24,000 bases of DNA from Tractidigestivibacter montrealensis (GTDB taxonomy: Bacteria; Actinomycetota; Coriobacteriia; Coriobacteriales; Atopobiaceae). The stretch is from positions 537,133-561,132 of the forward strand of contig NZ_JANSKA010000001.1 in NCBI RefSeq assembly GCF_024741235.1, in the 5' to 3' direction. A program made the position numbers and the translations under genes. Positions 1-8,787 of this stretch are shown here, in pieces. Numbering within the stretch: position 1 is the first letter of the stretch; each line of letters starts with the position of its first letter. Under the pieces are notes generated by a model. It had not been told where the DNA came from. It did no database searches and saw only the letters and a program-made list of their open reading frames with translations.

Positions 1-968
1 CCATTCACGGAGATGGTGCCGGAATCCACCTTCGCAAGGCCATCGATGGCCTCTACGAACTCGTCCTGGCCGTTGCCCTCGATGCCGGCTATGCCCACGA
101 TCTCTCCGGCGCGAACGTCAATGTTGAGCCCGCATACCTGCTCGATTCCACGGGCGTCCTTCACGTGCAGGTCCTTGACCGAGAGAACCGTCTTGCCTGG
201 GTTGGCAGGCCCCTTCTCGACGGTAAGGCTCACATGACGGCCAACCATCTTGGACGCGAGCTCTTCCTCGGTGGTCTTGCTCACGTCCACCGTGCCCATG
301 TACCTGCCACGACGAATGATGGTGCAGGCGTCGGCGGACTCCATGATCTCCTTGAGCTTGTGGGTAATGATGATGATCGTCTTACCCTTGGCGACAAGCT
401 CATGCATGATCTTGATGAGCTGCGTGATCTCCTGCGGCGTGAGGACTGCCGTGGGCTCGTCGAGAATCAGCGTGTCCGCACCACGGTAGAGCGCCTTCAG
501 AATCTCGACGCGCTGCTGCATGCCAACGGTGATGTCCTCGACCTTCGCGTCCGGATCGACCTCAAAGCCATACTCGTCGACGATCTTCTCGACTTCCTTT
601 TTGGCACGAGCCATGTCAAGGACACCCATCGAGTGGCAGACCTCGTCGCCAAGAATGATGTTCTCGGTGACGGTGAAGTTCTCGACGAGCATGAAGTGCT
701 GGTGGACCATGCCAATCCCGTGAGCAATCGCGTCGAGCGGGCTCTGTATCTGGACGCTCTGCCCACCGAGGTACACCTCGCCCTCGTCGGCCTGGTACAG
801 GCCGTAGAGCACGTTCATGAGCGTGCTCTTGCCCGCACCGTTCTCGCCAAGGATGGCATGGACCGTCTGCTTCTTCACGTCGAGGTCAACGCCATCGAGC
901 GCCTTGAACGAGCCAAAGGTCTTCGTGATGCCATGCATCTGCACGGCATAGTCGGGACTGGCCTCCAT
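1..968 (-). CDS. ABC transporter ATP-binding protein, tandem-ATPase type associated with BMP-family sugar/nucleoside importers; the C-terminal part runs off the window
   Basis: Absent from the ORF track because the window edge truncates it. My reverse-strand translation from the ATG at 966-968 reads MEASPDYAVQMHGITKTFGSFKALDGVDLDVKKQTVHAILGENGAGKSTLMNVLYG (Walker A GENGAGKST). It continues with MQQRVEILKALYRGADTLILDEPTAVL (signature-like motif plus Walker B) and then the start of a second ATPase domain (GEIVGIAGIEGNGQDEF). A GAGGAGG Shine-Dalgarno lies at 975-981. Confidence 0.9.
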   Translation of the reverse strand, partial: MEASPDYAVQMHGITKTFGSFKALDGVDLDVKKQTVHAILGENGAGKSTLMNVLYGLYQADEGEVYLGGQSVQIQSPLDAIAHGIGMVHQHFMLVENFTVTENIILGDEVCHSMGVLDMARAKKEVEKIVDEYGFEVDPDAKVEDITVGMQQRVEILKALYRGADTLILDEPTAVLTPQEITQLIKIMHELVAKGKTIIIITHKLKEIMESADACTIIRRGRYMGTVDVSKTTEEELASKMVGRHVSLTVEKGPANPGKTVLSVKDLHVKDARGIEQVCGLNIDVRAGEIVGIAGIEGNGQDEFVEAIDGLAKVDSGTISVN

Positions 969-991
969 AGTCCACCTCCTCATAAAAGCGA

Positions 992-1053
992 GGGGCCATG
1001 GCCCCCCAGCAATCAAACCAAGAGGGGTGCCCGACGCGCACGCCAGGCACCCC
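992..1053 (-). other. Two intercistronic stem-loops between the binding-protein gene and the ATPase gene (possible partial terminator or mRNA stabiliser)
   Basis: GGGGTGCC (1024-1031) pairs with GGCACCCC (1046-1053) around a 14-nt loop. GGGGCCATGGCCCC (992-1005) is a perfect palindrome. Both lie in the 97-bp gap between the stop at 1066 and the start at 968. Confidence 0.4.
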
Positions 1054-1065
1054 CCAACTGCGCGT

Positions 1066-2163
1066 CTAGAGGCTAGCGACAAACTTGTCGTAGTCATCCG
1101 AGGTCGCAGGAGGCACGATGTCGCCGGACTTGATGAGCTCCTCCACAGCGAGGGCGTCGTTGTATACGTCCTCTCCCATGAGGGAGTAGTCCTCGGGGAT
1201 GCCCACTGCGCCGTCGGAGAGACCCAGGGTGATGTTGGAGCCGCCCTTAAGGTCGCCGGAGAGAAGGCGCTTGGAGACGTCCACGATGGCAACGTCGACC
1301 TCCTTGAGGGCGGAGGTGAGAACCGTGCCCTCAGCGAGGTAGGACTGGTCCATGTCGGCACCAATGGCGTAGATGCCGGCATCCTTGCAAGCATTGATGA
1401 CGCCAACGCCGGTGCCACCAGCTGCCTGGAACACAACGTCGCAGCCGTCGGAAACCATGCGCTGCGTGATGGAGCTGCCCTTGGCGGCATCGCCAAAGCT
1501 CTCGGCGTACTGGGACTCGCACTGAACGTTGAGGCCCTTCTCCTTGTTGGCATAGGCAACGCCGGCCTTGTAGCCAAACTCGAACTGGCGCAGGACGTCG
1601 CTCTCGACGCCAAGCACGTTGCCAACCATGCCGGTCTTGCTCACGCAGGCGGCAATGTAGCCAACGATGAACGACGACTCCTGGGCACGGAACTGAACGC
1701 CGGTGATATTGGAGGCGTCGGTGGGGTTGGCGTTGTCGATGATGCCAAACTGGACGTTGGGGTTGGCTTTGGCCGCGTTGCCCACAGCGTCTGCCATGGC
1801 AAAGCCAATTGCCCAGATGAGCTCTGCGTCATCGTCAACTGCCTTGTCGAGGTTGGTAGCGTAGTCGGACTCCTGCTTGGACTCGAGGTAGCTGACATCC
1901 CAGCCCTCTTCCTGCTGGAGCCGCTGGAGGCCGGACCACGAAATCTGGTTGAACGACTGGTCGTTAACGCCACCGGTATCGGTAACCATCTCAACCTTGT
2001 GCGTGGTCCCGGACGTGGCGGTACTGCTGGAGGTGTCGCTGCTGGAAGACGAGTCGCTGGACGAACCGCCGCACCCTACGAGTGCTCCGGTGGCGCCCAG
2101 TGCGCATGCGCCAGCAAGGCCCTTCAGGAAGCCACGCCGAGTAAAGCTGCTCTGATCTGGCAT
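1066..2163 (-). CDS. BMP-family (Med/PnrA-like) ABC substrate-binding lipoprotein, probably nucleoside-binding
   Basis: ORF 1066..2211. I trimmed the start to the ATG at 2161-2163, which follows GGAGAAAGGGG. The N-terminus MPDQSSFTRRGFLKGLAGACALGATGALVGCGG has a twin-arginine-like signal and a lipobox Cys, followed by an S/T-rich linker and a periplasmic-binding fold. It is co-oriented with the ATPase downstream and deoD/deoB upstream. Confidence 0.88.
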   Translation of the reverse strand: MPDQSSFTRRGFLKGLAGACALGATGALVGCGGSSSDSSSSSDTSSSTATSGTTHKVEMVTDTGGVNDQSFNQISWSGLQRLQQEEGWDVSYLESKQESDYATNLDKAVDDDAELIWAIGFAMADAVGNAAKANPNVQFGIIDNANPTDASNITGVQFRAQESSFIVGYIAACVSKTGMVGNVLGVESDVLRQFEFGYKAGVAYANKEKGLNVQCESQYAESFGDAAKGSSITQRMVSDGCDVVFQAAGGTGVGVINACKDAGIYAIGADMDQSYLAEGTVLTSALKEVDVAIVDVSKRLLSGDLKGGSNITLGLSDGAVGIPEDYSLMGEDVYNDALAVEELIKSGDIVPPATSDDYDKFVASL

Positions 2164-2233
2164 TTCTGTCCCCTTTCTCCGCCCCGTCCTCTCCCGAACG
2201 AGGTACCCCATGGAGTCAAACTTCCTATCTACA

Positions 2234-2250
2234 GAGGGAGACTCTCCCTC
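2234..2250 (-). other. Short stem-loop just downstream of the deoD stop
   Basis: GAGGGAG (2234-2240) and CTCCCTC (2244-2250) form a 7-bp stem with a 3-nt loop. No clear U-tract follows on the minus strand, so this is not a confident terminator. Confidence 0.3.
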
Positions 2251-2259
2251 GTGTTGCCC

Positions 2260-2988
2260 CTATGCATTTAAGTCTGGCGTCGCCAAGCTCAGCGCGACCT
2301 CCATCATCTGCGTAAGGCTCTCCTGACGCTCCTCTGCCGTGAGGGCCTCGCCGCGAGAGACAACGTCCGTCACGGTGAGAATCGTGAGCGCGCGTTTGCG
2401 GGCGCGCATCGCGTTGAGGTAGAGCGCTGCCGACTCCATCTCCACGGCAAGGACGCCCATCTTGGCCCAGCGCTGCTCCGCAGTGCGGTCGTCGTTGTAG
2501 AAGACGTCCGACGAGAGAACGTTGCCCACACGCGCGGGGTAACCCAGGCGCTCCGCTGCGTCAGCCGCACGGCGCAGGAGACCAAAGTCCGCGATGGGGG
2601 CAAGCGTGCCCGGAACGTTGAACTGGTGGGCATAGTTGGAGTCGGTGCAGGCACCCATCCCAAGCACGATGTCGCGCAGGCGCACGCTTGGTGCCACACC
2701 GCCCGCAGTGCCAATGCGCACGATCGACTCGACGCCGTAGAAGTTGAAGAGCTCGTACGAGTAGATGCCAATGGAGGGCATGCCCATGCCGCTGCCCATT
2801 ACCGACACGGGGTTGCCCTGGTAGGTGCCCGTATAGCCCAGCATGTTGCGAACGCCGTTGAACTGCTCGACGTTCTCGAGGTAGGCCTCGGCAAGGCGCT
2901 GGGCGCGGAGCGGGTCGCCCGGCATCAGGACGAACGGCGCAATCTGGCCTGCAACGGCCTCGTTGTGCGGCGTAGGGGTTCGTGCCAT
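2260..2988 (-). CDS. deoD: Purine nucleoside phosphorylase, DeoD type
   Basis: ORF 2260..3141 trimmed to the ATG at 2986-2988, with GGAGG 8 nt upstream. [30 protein letters not shown]...[10 protein letters not shown]...VRIGTAGG...GMGACTDS...VEMESAALY...ERQ aligns motif-for-motif with the E. coli DeoD sequence as I recall it. The start lies 2 nt after the deoB stop. Confidence 0.95.
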   Translation of the reverse strand: MARTPTPHNEAVAGQIAPFVLMPGDPLRAQRLAEAYLENVEQFNGVRNMLGYTGTYQGNPVSVMGSGMGMPSIGIYSYELFNFYGVESIVRIGTAGGVAPSVRLRDIVLGMGACTDSNYAHQFNVPGTLAPIADFGLLRRAADAAERLGYPARVGNVLSSDVFYNDDRTAEQRWAKMGVLAVEMESAALYLNAMRARKRALTILTVTDVVSRGEALTAEERQESLTQMMEVALSLATPDLNA

Positions 2989-2990
2989 AG

Positions 2991-4181
2991 CTATGCCTCC
3001 AGAATCTGATCGAGGTGGGACGTGCCGTTGGGAAGTGCGGGTGAGCCAAGGTAGTCGAGAACCGTTGCTGAGACGTCCGCGAAAGTAGGCCGCGTGCCCA
3101 GGTCGACGCCGGCGCGCACGCGCGGTCCGCACGCGATCCATGGGACGTACTCGCGCGAGTGGTCAGTCGAGGGCGTCACGGGATCGCAGCCGTGGTCTGC
3201 CGTAATCATAAGCAGGTCATCGTCGCGCAGGCCCGCAACGATGCGCGGGAGCTGGCTATCAAAGTAGCTCAGGGCACGCGCATAGCCGGGCGCGTCGTTG
3301 CGGTGGCCGTAGACCATGTCGAAGTCCACGAGGTTGGTGTAGCAGAGGCCTGTGAAGTCACGGCCGGTCGCCTCGACGGTGCGCTCGATGCCCTCCTCGT
3401 TTCCTGAGGTAAAGACGTGGTCCGTTATCCCGCGGTGGGCAAAGATGTCGTAGATCTTGCCAATGGAGAGCACGTCCTGGCCCGCGTCCTTGAGCACGTC
3501 GAGCATCGTGGTGCCCGTGGGCTCCAGAGAGAAGTCATGCCTGCGCGGGGTGCGCACGTAGTTTGGCCAGTCCCCCGTGTAGGGGCGCGCGATGACGCGG
3601 GCGACGCCGTGCTCGCCCGTGAGGATCTTGCGCGCGATGCGGCAGTACTCGTAGAGCTGCTCGGGGGACACCATGTCCTCGTGCGCCGCAATCTGGAAGA
3701 CGCTGTCGCCCGAGGTGTAGACAATGAGCTTGCCAGTCTTGAGCTGCTCGCGGCCGTAGTCCTTGATCACCTGCGTACCGGAGTATGGCTTGTTGCAGAG
3801 AACCCCACGACCCGTCTGGCGCTCAAACTCGTCCAGCACCTCCTGGGGGAAACCGTTGGGATACGTGGGGAAGCGCTTGGGCGAGATGACGCCCGCCATC
3901 TCCCAGTGCCCAACCGTGGTGTCCTTGCCGGCAGACGCCTCGCGAAGGCGGGCAAACGCACCGGTGGGCGAGGCGACCGGCTTGAGGTCCACGTCATAGG
4001 GGGACTCGAGCGCGCCTTCAATGTTGAGAAGGCCAAGAGACGTCATGTTGGGGATGTTGAGCTCACCCGTGGTGGCGCAGGCGCACAAGGTGTTGCTCCC
4101 CTCGTCACCCCACTCTGCGGCATCTGGCTCGGCGCCGATGCCAAAGCTATCCAAGACGATAAGAAACACGCGCTTGCCCAT
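2991..4181 (-). CDS. deoB: Phosphopentomutase
   Basis: ORF 2991..4241 trimmed to the ATG at 4179-4181, preceded by GGAGGGGG. The N-terminus [32 protein letters not shown] and the later TADHGCDP motif are the metal-binding signatures of phosphopentomutase. Confidence 0.95.
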   Translation of the reverse strand: MGKRVFLIVLDSFGIGAEPDAAEWGDEGSNTLCACATTGELNIPNMTSLGLLNIEGALESPYDVDLKPVASPTGAFARLREASAGKDTTVGHWEMAGVISPKRFPTYPNGFPQEVLDEFERQTGRGVLCNKPYSGTQVIKDYGREQLKTGKLIVYTSGDSVFQIAAHEDMVSPEQLYEYCRIARKILTGEHGVARVIARPYTGDWPNYVRTPRRHDFSLEPTGTTMLDVLKDAGQDVLSIGKIYDIFAHRGITDHVFTSGNEEGIERTVEATGRDFTGLCYTNLVDFDMVYGHRNDAPGYARALSYFDSQLPRIVAGLRDDDLLMITADHGCDPVTPSTDHSREYVPWIACGPRVRAGVDLGTRPTFADVSATVLDYLGSPALPNGTSHLDQILEA

Positions 4182-4265
4182 GGTCGCCCCCTCCGCAGGC
4201 ATCTCTCTGATGCCGCTGCGTAACGCCACAACAAATGACAAGTCGAAACTACCGACATGACTAGT

Positions 4266-4360
4266 ATTGTTTGACCGCTCATGAAGCGGCGGATAAGTGG
4301 GGCAGCCGGTACAAACAATTCGACAAGCGGCAAATGCTTAGTAACAATAAATAATTGTTT
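4266..4360. promoter_or_regulatory. AT-rich divergent promoter region carrying four copies of ATTGTT(T)/AACAAT half-sites
   Basis: The copies are ATTGTTT at 4266-4272, AAACAAT at 4313-4319, and the close inverted repeat AACAAT-aaata-ATTGTT at 4343-4359. All lie in the 219-bp gap between deoB (start 4181, minus strand) and the wHTH-kinase gene (start 4401, plus strand). Confidence 0.4.
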
Positions 4361-4400
4361 AGAATTGCAATGCAGGGCGACGCACGAGAGAGGGAACGCA

Positions 4401-5516
4401 ATGCTCACTGACAGAGAACAGCAGATCCTTGGGTGGATTCGCGCAAACCCCTCCATTTCCCAGCAGGAGATCGCCGACCGCGCGGGCATCTCTCGATCGT
4501 CTGTCTCCGTCCATATCTCGAACCTCACCAAGAAGGGCGCGATTCTCGGCAGGCAATATGTGCTTGCCGACACCCCCTATGTCGTTGTGGTGGGAGCCAC
4601 CAACATGGATGTGGTTGGCAAGCCGGGCGGGGTTCCCACCCCGCGAGACGTCACGCCAGGCACCATCGTGGTCTCACCCGGCGGCACCGCGCGAAACGTT
4701 GCGCACAACCTCACGCTACTGGGAACCAGCACCAAGCTGGTGACCGCATTTGGGGAAGACGTGCGCGCCAGGGAGCTCTCCGAGGGGTGCATGGGAATGG
4801 GCATGGACCTCGAGGGGTCGGTGACCGTCCCCGGCGGAACCACCTCAACCTGCGTCTTTATCCTGGACGAGCACGGTGACCTCTCCCAGGCCATCGCTGA
4901 CATGGGGATTCTCGACAGCCTCACCCCCAGCGTGCTGGAGCGCAGGCTCGACCTCATCGATCGAGCCGCGGCATGCTTCGTCGACACCAACATCTCCCAC
5001 GAGAGCCTTCGCTTCCTTGCCGAGCACGTGAGCACTCCCCTGTTCTGCGACCCCGTCTCCACCACCAAGGCTGCAAAGCTCTCCGGGCTGCTGGGGCACT
5101 TCCACGCCATGAAGCCAAATGCCCTTGAGGCCGAAGCTCTCACGGGAGTCGCAATCCACGACGAGAAGAGCCTGGAGCTGGCAGCAAAAAAGCTTCTCGA
5201 TACCGGGCTTGACCAGGTGTTCATTTCACTTGGAGCCGACGGGCTTCTCTGCGCGGGACAAGACGGGATGCTTCGGCTCCCCAGCTACAGCGCAAACGTG
5301 GTGAGCGCCACGGGATCCGGTGACGCAATGATGGGGGCAATCATCTGGGCGTATCTGCAGGGTGAGAACCTGGAGGGAACCTGTGCCGCCGGCCTTGCGG
5401 TCGCCGCCATCTGCACGGAGTCTGCCTCTACCGTCAACCCCAACCTCACTGCCCAAGCAGTAAGGCAGCGTATGAACGAGGCTGGTGCGGCAGGAAAGCT
5501 TCTCTCGGCAAGCTAG
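4401..5516 (+). CDS. PfkB-family sugar/nucleoside kinase (pseudouridine-kinase/ribokinase-like) with an N-terminal winged-helix DNA-binding domain
   Basis: ORF 4281..5516 trimmed to the ATG at 4401, after GAGAGAGGGAA. Residues 1-55 (MLTDREQQILGWIRANPSISQQEIADRAGISRSSVSVHISNLTKKGAILGRQYVL) form a MarR-like wHTH. The rest has PfkB motifs: VVVGATNMDVVG, SPGGTARNVAHNL and the C-terminal TGSGDAMMGA. Confidence 0.85.
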   Translation: MLTDREQQILGWIRANPSISQQEIADRAGISRSSVSVHISNLTKKGAILGRQYVLADTPYVVVVGATNMDVVGKPGGVPTPRDVTPGTIVVSPGGTARNVAHNLTLLGTSTKLVTAFGEDVRARELSEGCMGMGMDLEGSVTVPGGTTSTCVFILDEHGDLSQAIADMGILDSLTPSVLERRLDLIDRAAACFVDTNISHESLRFLAEHVSTPLFCDPVSTTKAAKLSGLLGHFHAMKPNALEAEALTGVAIHDEKSLELAAKKLLDTGLDQVFISLGADGLLCAGQDGMLRLPSYSANVVSATGSGDAMMGAIIWAYLQGENLEGTCAAGLAVAAICTESASTVNPNLTAQAVRQRMNEAGAAGKLLSAS

Positions 5517-5567
5517 CTCTTGCGTCCAGCGCGGCCGCTTGGGACAGACCCCACGCCATCCACCGAC

Positions 5568-5605
5568 AAGTGGACATGGTCGTCTCATAAAGTGGACAAA
5601 TGTCC
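5568..5605 (+). promoter_or_regulatory. Direct repeat AAGTGGACA x2, the second copy embedded in the palindrome GGACAaaTGTCC, upstream of the Crp/Fnr-yjjI-yjjW unit
   Basis: AAGTGGACA occurs at 5568-5576 and 5590-5598, a 22-bp spacing. GGACA (5594-5598) and TGTCC (5601-5605) are inverted repeats. The elements sit about 60-95 bp upstream of the ATG at 5664. Confidence 0.3.
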
Positions 5606-5663
5606 TTTTCTTGCTGAGCGCTTGGCCTTAGCATGCACCCAAGAATCTTGGGGAGGAGGGGAC

Positions 5664-6401
5664 ATGGACACGCTTGGCTACCTCGAAACCTTGGATGCAG
5701 AGGTTCGCGACAGGCTCGCCCCTTGGGCAGGCCGAATCCCCGCCGCCCTTCTCAGCAGGTGCGCGCTCGTCAAACTAGACAAGGGCGACGAGCTTGTGCA
5801 CGAGCTTGACCGCTTTGGCTCCGTCTACGTCCTCACGCGCGGCACCATCGCCTCTACCAGCCCGCTGCTTGACGGCGGCACCTACGTGATAGACGAGTTC
5901 CATGCACCGGCAGCCTTTGGTGAGATGGAGGCCATTGGCGCTAGCCCCTTCTACCACAGCTCGCTCATGGCGGCCACAGATGCCGAGCTTATCCGCGCCT
6001 CCGGAAAGGACTACCTCGCATGGCTTTCCGGCGACGCCGACGCCTTGCTTGCTCGCTCGCGCTGGGTTGTCCAGCGACTTGCGAGCCAATCGAGCCACGA
6101 GCGCTCCCTGCTTGCCTGGACTGGCGAGAAGCGCGTTGCCTACGCACTCTGTCAGCTCTATGGCGAGGGCGGGAAGGAATGCCTGGTGGTGCCGCTAACG
6201 CGCGCACAGCTGGCAGAACGCGTGGGCGTAAGCACCAAGACGGTGAGCCGTTCCATAGCCTCGCTTGCGGATGGCGGGATGGCACGCCTTGAGGGCAGAA
6301 AGATCGTGATTGACCGAGAGGCATTTGAGCTTCTCGAGGACATGCTCCGTGACGAGCTTGGCCAAAGCTCACGCGGAAGAGAGGGGAGTGCTCGTTCATG
6401 A
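5664..6401 (+). CDS. Crp/Fnr-family transcriptional regulator (cNMP-binding-like domain plus C-terminal HTH)
   Basis: ORF 5520..6401 trimmed to the ATG at 5664, after GGGAGGAGGGG. It has a beta-roll-like N-terminal domain (GDELVHE...VYVLTRGTI...FGEMEAI) and the C-terminal HTH LTRAQLAERVGVSTKTVSRSIASLADGGM. I see no FNR-type N-terminal Cys cluster. Its stop overlaps the next start as ATGA at 6398-6401. Confidence 0.85.
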   Translation: MDTLGYLETLDAEVRDRLAPWAGRIPAALLSRCALVKLDKGDELVHELDRFGSVYVLTRGTIASTSPLLDGGTYVIDEFHAPAAFGEMEAIGASPFYHSSLMAATDAELIRASGKDYLAWLSGDADALLARSRWVVQRLASQSSHERSLLAWTGEKRVAYALCQLYGEGGKECLVVPLTRAQLAERVGVSTKTVSRSIASLADGGMARLEGRKIVIDREAFELLEDMLRDELGQSSRGREGSARS

Positions 6402-7912
6402 AGACCATCGACAACACCAAGGAGTTCTACGACATCTGCACGGCAAGCAACCTCACGTACAAGCAGAAGCTTCTGCACCTGGCGCAGGCAGCCGAGAACA
6501 GCGTCGACCCCATCGAGCGGCCAAAGGAGGCAGACTACTTCTTCGAGCACGGCGGCATTGACTACATGTGCGAGGGCAACGCGCCCTACCGCCCGCGCTA
6601 CATCTGCCCGGACTACGGCAAGTTCCTCGCCCAGGGGAGCGAGTTCTTGCGCCTTAGGCCGGCGGAGTCCCTGGATGACGCGCTCTGGAACCTCGCGATG
6701 GTCTACGACAACGTGCCTTCGGTCACCAGCCGCCCCGTCTACGTGGGCCAGCTTGACCGCATGCTCGACCCCTACCTCGACGGCTATAGCGACGAGGAGG
6801 TAAAGGCGCGCCTACGTCGCTTCCTCAACTACATTGACCGCACCGTTGCAAGCGGTTACTGCCACGCCAACATTGGTCCCGAGGAGACGCGTGCCGGCCG
6901 GCTGCTCATGGAGGTTGAGCAGGAGCTTGCCAACGCTGTGCCCAACTTCACGCTGAAGTACGATCCGGCAGTCACGCCCGACGACTTTGCCCGTCTCGCC
7001 GTGAAGGCCACGCTCACCTGCGCCAACCCCGCCTTTGCCAACGATCGCATCCACCGCGAGACCTATCCCGGAGACTACACGGTGGTAAGCTGCTACAACG
7101 TGCTGCCCATGGGCGGCGGCGCCTACTGCCTCGACCGCCTGCTGTTCCCGCGCCTTGCTGACATGGCGTCGAGCGTAGATGACTTCATGGACAACATCCT
7201 CCCGTCTGCCACGGGCGCGCTTCTCGAGTACATGAACTCCCGCATCAAGTTCCTTGTCGAGACGTCGAACTTCTTCGAGACCTCGTTCCTCGCCAAGGAG
7301 GGCCTCATCAGCCGTGACCGCTTCTGCGCGATGTTTGGCGTAGCCGGCATGAGTGAATGCGTGGCCAAGCTGCTTGGCCTTCACGACGGCCGCGCCTACG
7401 GAACTGACGACGAGGCCAACGACCTTGCCGACCGCATCATGTGCCAGGTCTACAAGCAGGTCCTGGGGTTCCCAGCCGTGTACTCGGAGGTCTCCGGCAA
7501 CCGCTTCACGCTGCATGCGCAGGCTGGCTTCTCCGACATGCCGGGCGTGACTCCGGGCGTCCGCATCAAGGTTGGCGACGAGCCCGAGGTCTTCTACGAC
7601 CACATTCGTCACAGTGCCCGCATGCATCGCTTCTTCAACGCCGGCGTCTCCGACATCTTCCCCGTTGAGCCCACGGCCAAGTCCAACCCCGACGCCGTTC
7701 TCGACGTTGTGAAGGGCGCCTTTGCCATCGACGACAAGTACCTCTCGTTCTACTCGTCCAACGGGGACTTGGTTCGCATTACGGGCTTCCTGGTGAAGCG
7801 CTCGGAGATGGAGAAGTTCGCCCGTGGCGAGGCAGTGCTCGCCGATACCTCGCATGACGGCGAGGGCAACTGGCGGGCAAACGACCTTGCCGACCGCAAG
7901 GTTCGTCTGTAG
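6398..7912 (+). CDS. yjjI: YjjI-family glycyl-radical enzyme (short GRE, 504 aa), substrate unknown
   Basis: The C-terminal glycyl-radical fingerprint is NGDLVRITGFLVKR, with Gly463 encoded at 7784-7786, 41 residues from the C-terminus. Blocks CEGNAPYRPRYICPDYGKFL, VPSVTSRPVYVGQLD, HANIGPEE, PNFTLKYDP.VTPDD and VVSCYNVLPMGGG match the E. coli YjjI sequence as I recall it. A dedicated activase gene follows directly. Confidence 0.85.
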   Translation: MKTIDNTKEFYDICTASNLTYKQKLLHLAQAAENSVDPIERPKEADYFFEHGGIDYMCEGNAPYRPRYICPDYGKFLAQGSEFLRLRPAESLDDALWNLAMVYDNVPSVTSRPVYVGQLDRMLDPYLDGYSDEEVKARLRRFLNYIDRTVASGYCHANIGPEETRAGRLLMEVEQELANAVPNFTLKYDPAVTPDDFARLAVKATLTCANPAFANDRIHRETYPGDYTVVSCYNVLPMGGGAYCLDRLLFPRLADMASSVDDFMDNILPSATGALLEYMNSRIKFLVETSNFFETSFLAKEGLISRDRFCAMFGVAGMSECVAKLLGLHDGRAYGTDDEANDLADRIMCQVYKQVLGFPAVYSEVSGNRFTLHAQAGFSDMPGVTPGVRIKVGDEPEVFYDHIRHSARMHRFFNAGVSDIFPVEPTAKSNPDAVLDVVKGAFAIDDKYLSFYSSNGDLVRITGFLVKRSEMEKFARGEAVLADTSHDGEGNWRANDLADRKVRL

Positions 7913-7923
7913 GGAGCGCTGCG

Positions 7924-8763
7924 GTGTCCGTTCATGTACCGATTAACAACATCATCCCGTTTTCGCTGGTGGACGGCCCTGGATCGCGCTGCTCGATCTT
8001 TGTCCAGGGTTGCAACATCCACTGCGCGTATTGCCACAACCCAGAGACCCAGCGGCTCTGCGTTGGCTGCGGCGCCTGCGTGAGATCGTGCCCGGCGGGA
8101 GCCCTCAAGATGGTGTGTGGCGCCGTCGAGTGGGACCAGGACGCATGCGTGAAGTGCGACACGTGCATCCACGTGTGCCCCAACCACTCGTCGCCCCGCA
8201 TCCTCTACCTCGACGCGGAGCAGGTCTTTGAGCGCGTGAAGTCGTACATGCCCTTCATTAGGGGGGTCACCTGCTCGGGTGGCGAGTGCATGCTCTATCC
8301 GGAGTTTCTCTCCGAGCTCTTTGGGCTGTGCCGAGGCGTAGGTCTTGGTTGTCTCATCGACTCCAACGGAACGGTAGACTTTGCCGGGCATCAGGACCTT
8401 CTTGCGCTCTCTGATGGCGTGATGCTCGACCTCAAGTGTTGGGATGATTCGTGGTTTGTCTCGCTCACGGGGACAGGCGGAAAGGCAGTCCGCAAGAACC
8501 TCGCCTTTCTTGCGGAGCAGGATAAGCTTGCTGAGCTGCGCGTCATTGTGACCGTGGGCCGCAACGACCCCGAAGTGGCGGTGCGTGGGGCAGCCGGGGT
8601 GCTTGGGGAGAAGGTGGCCTCCACGAGGCTGAGGCTCATGCGCTTTCGCCACTTTGGCGTTCGTGGGGAGATGGAGGGGGCGCCCTCCCCTACTGACGAG
8701 CGCATGGGCGCCATGGAGGAGCTTGCGAGGTCGTTGGGTTTTGGCACCGTTGTGGTGAGCTAG
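7924..8763 (+). CDS. yjjW: YjjW-type glycyl-radical enzyme activating protein (radical SAM with two ferredoxin-like auxiliary clusters)
   Basis: GTG start at 7924, 7 nt after GGGAG (7912-7916). The radical-SAM motif is GCNIHCAYCHN (C30/C34/C37, nt 8011-8034). It is followed by CVGCGACVRSCP and CVKCDTCIHVCP 4Fe-4S motifs and by GVTCSGGEC (SAM-binding GGE). Confidence 0.9.
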   Translation: MSVHVPINNIIPFSLVDGPGSRCSIFVQGCNIHCAYCHNPETQRLCVGCGACVRSCPAGALKMVCGAVEWDQDACVKCDTCIHVCPNHSSPRILYLDAEQVFERVKSYMPFIRGVTCSGGECMLYPEFLSELFGLCRGVGLGCLIDSNGTVDFAGHQDLLALSDGVMLDLKCWDDSWFVSLTGTGGKAVRKNLAFLAEQDKLAELRVIVTVGRNDPEVAVRGAAGVLGEKVASTRLRLMRFRHFGVRGEMEGAPSPTDERMGAMEELARSLGFGTVVVS

Positions 8764-8787
8764 TTAGGATCATACCGACGAAGGTAG

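Noticed and set aside
165-2271. Long plus-strand ORFs 165..1076 (303 aa) and 1027..2271 (414 aa)
   Set aside because: They are antisense to the ABC ATPase and the BMP lipoprotein genes, both of which have clear motifs. Their translations are low-complexity (L/V/H/D/G/A-rich) with no recognisable domain and no SD. These are typical shadow ORFs of high-GC DNA.
2370-4260. ORFs 2370..2771, 2561..3049, 2626..3009, 3417..4223, 3425..3724, 3763..4036 and similar
   Set aside because: They are off-frame or antisense overlaps of deoD and deoB. The peptides are Arg/Pro/Ala-rich and match no family.
6812-8652. Minus-strand ORFs 6812..7855 (347 aa) and 7750..8652 (300 aa)
   Set aside because: They are antisense to the YjjI-type GRE and its activase. 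They have no motifs, and their composition mirrors the sense genes.
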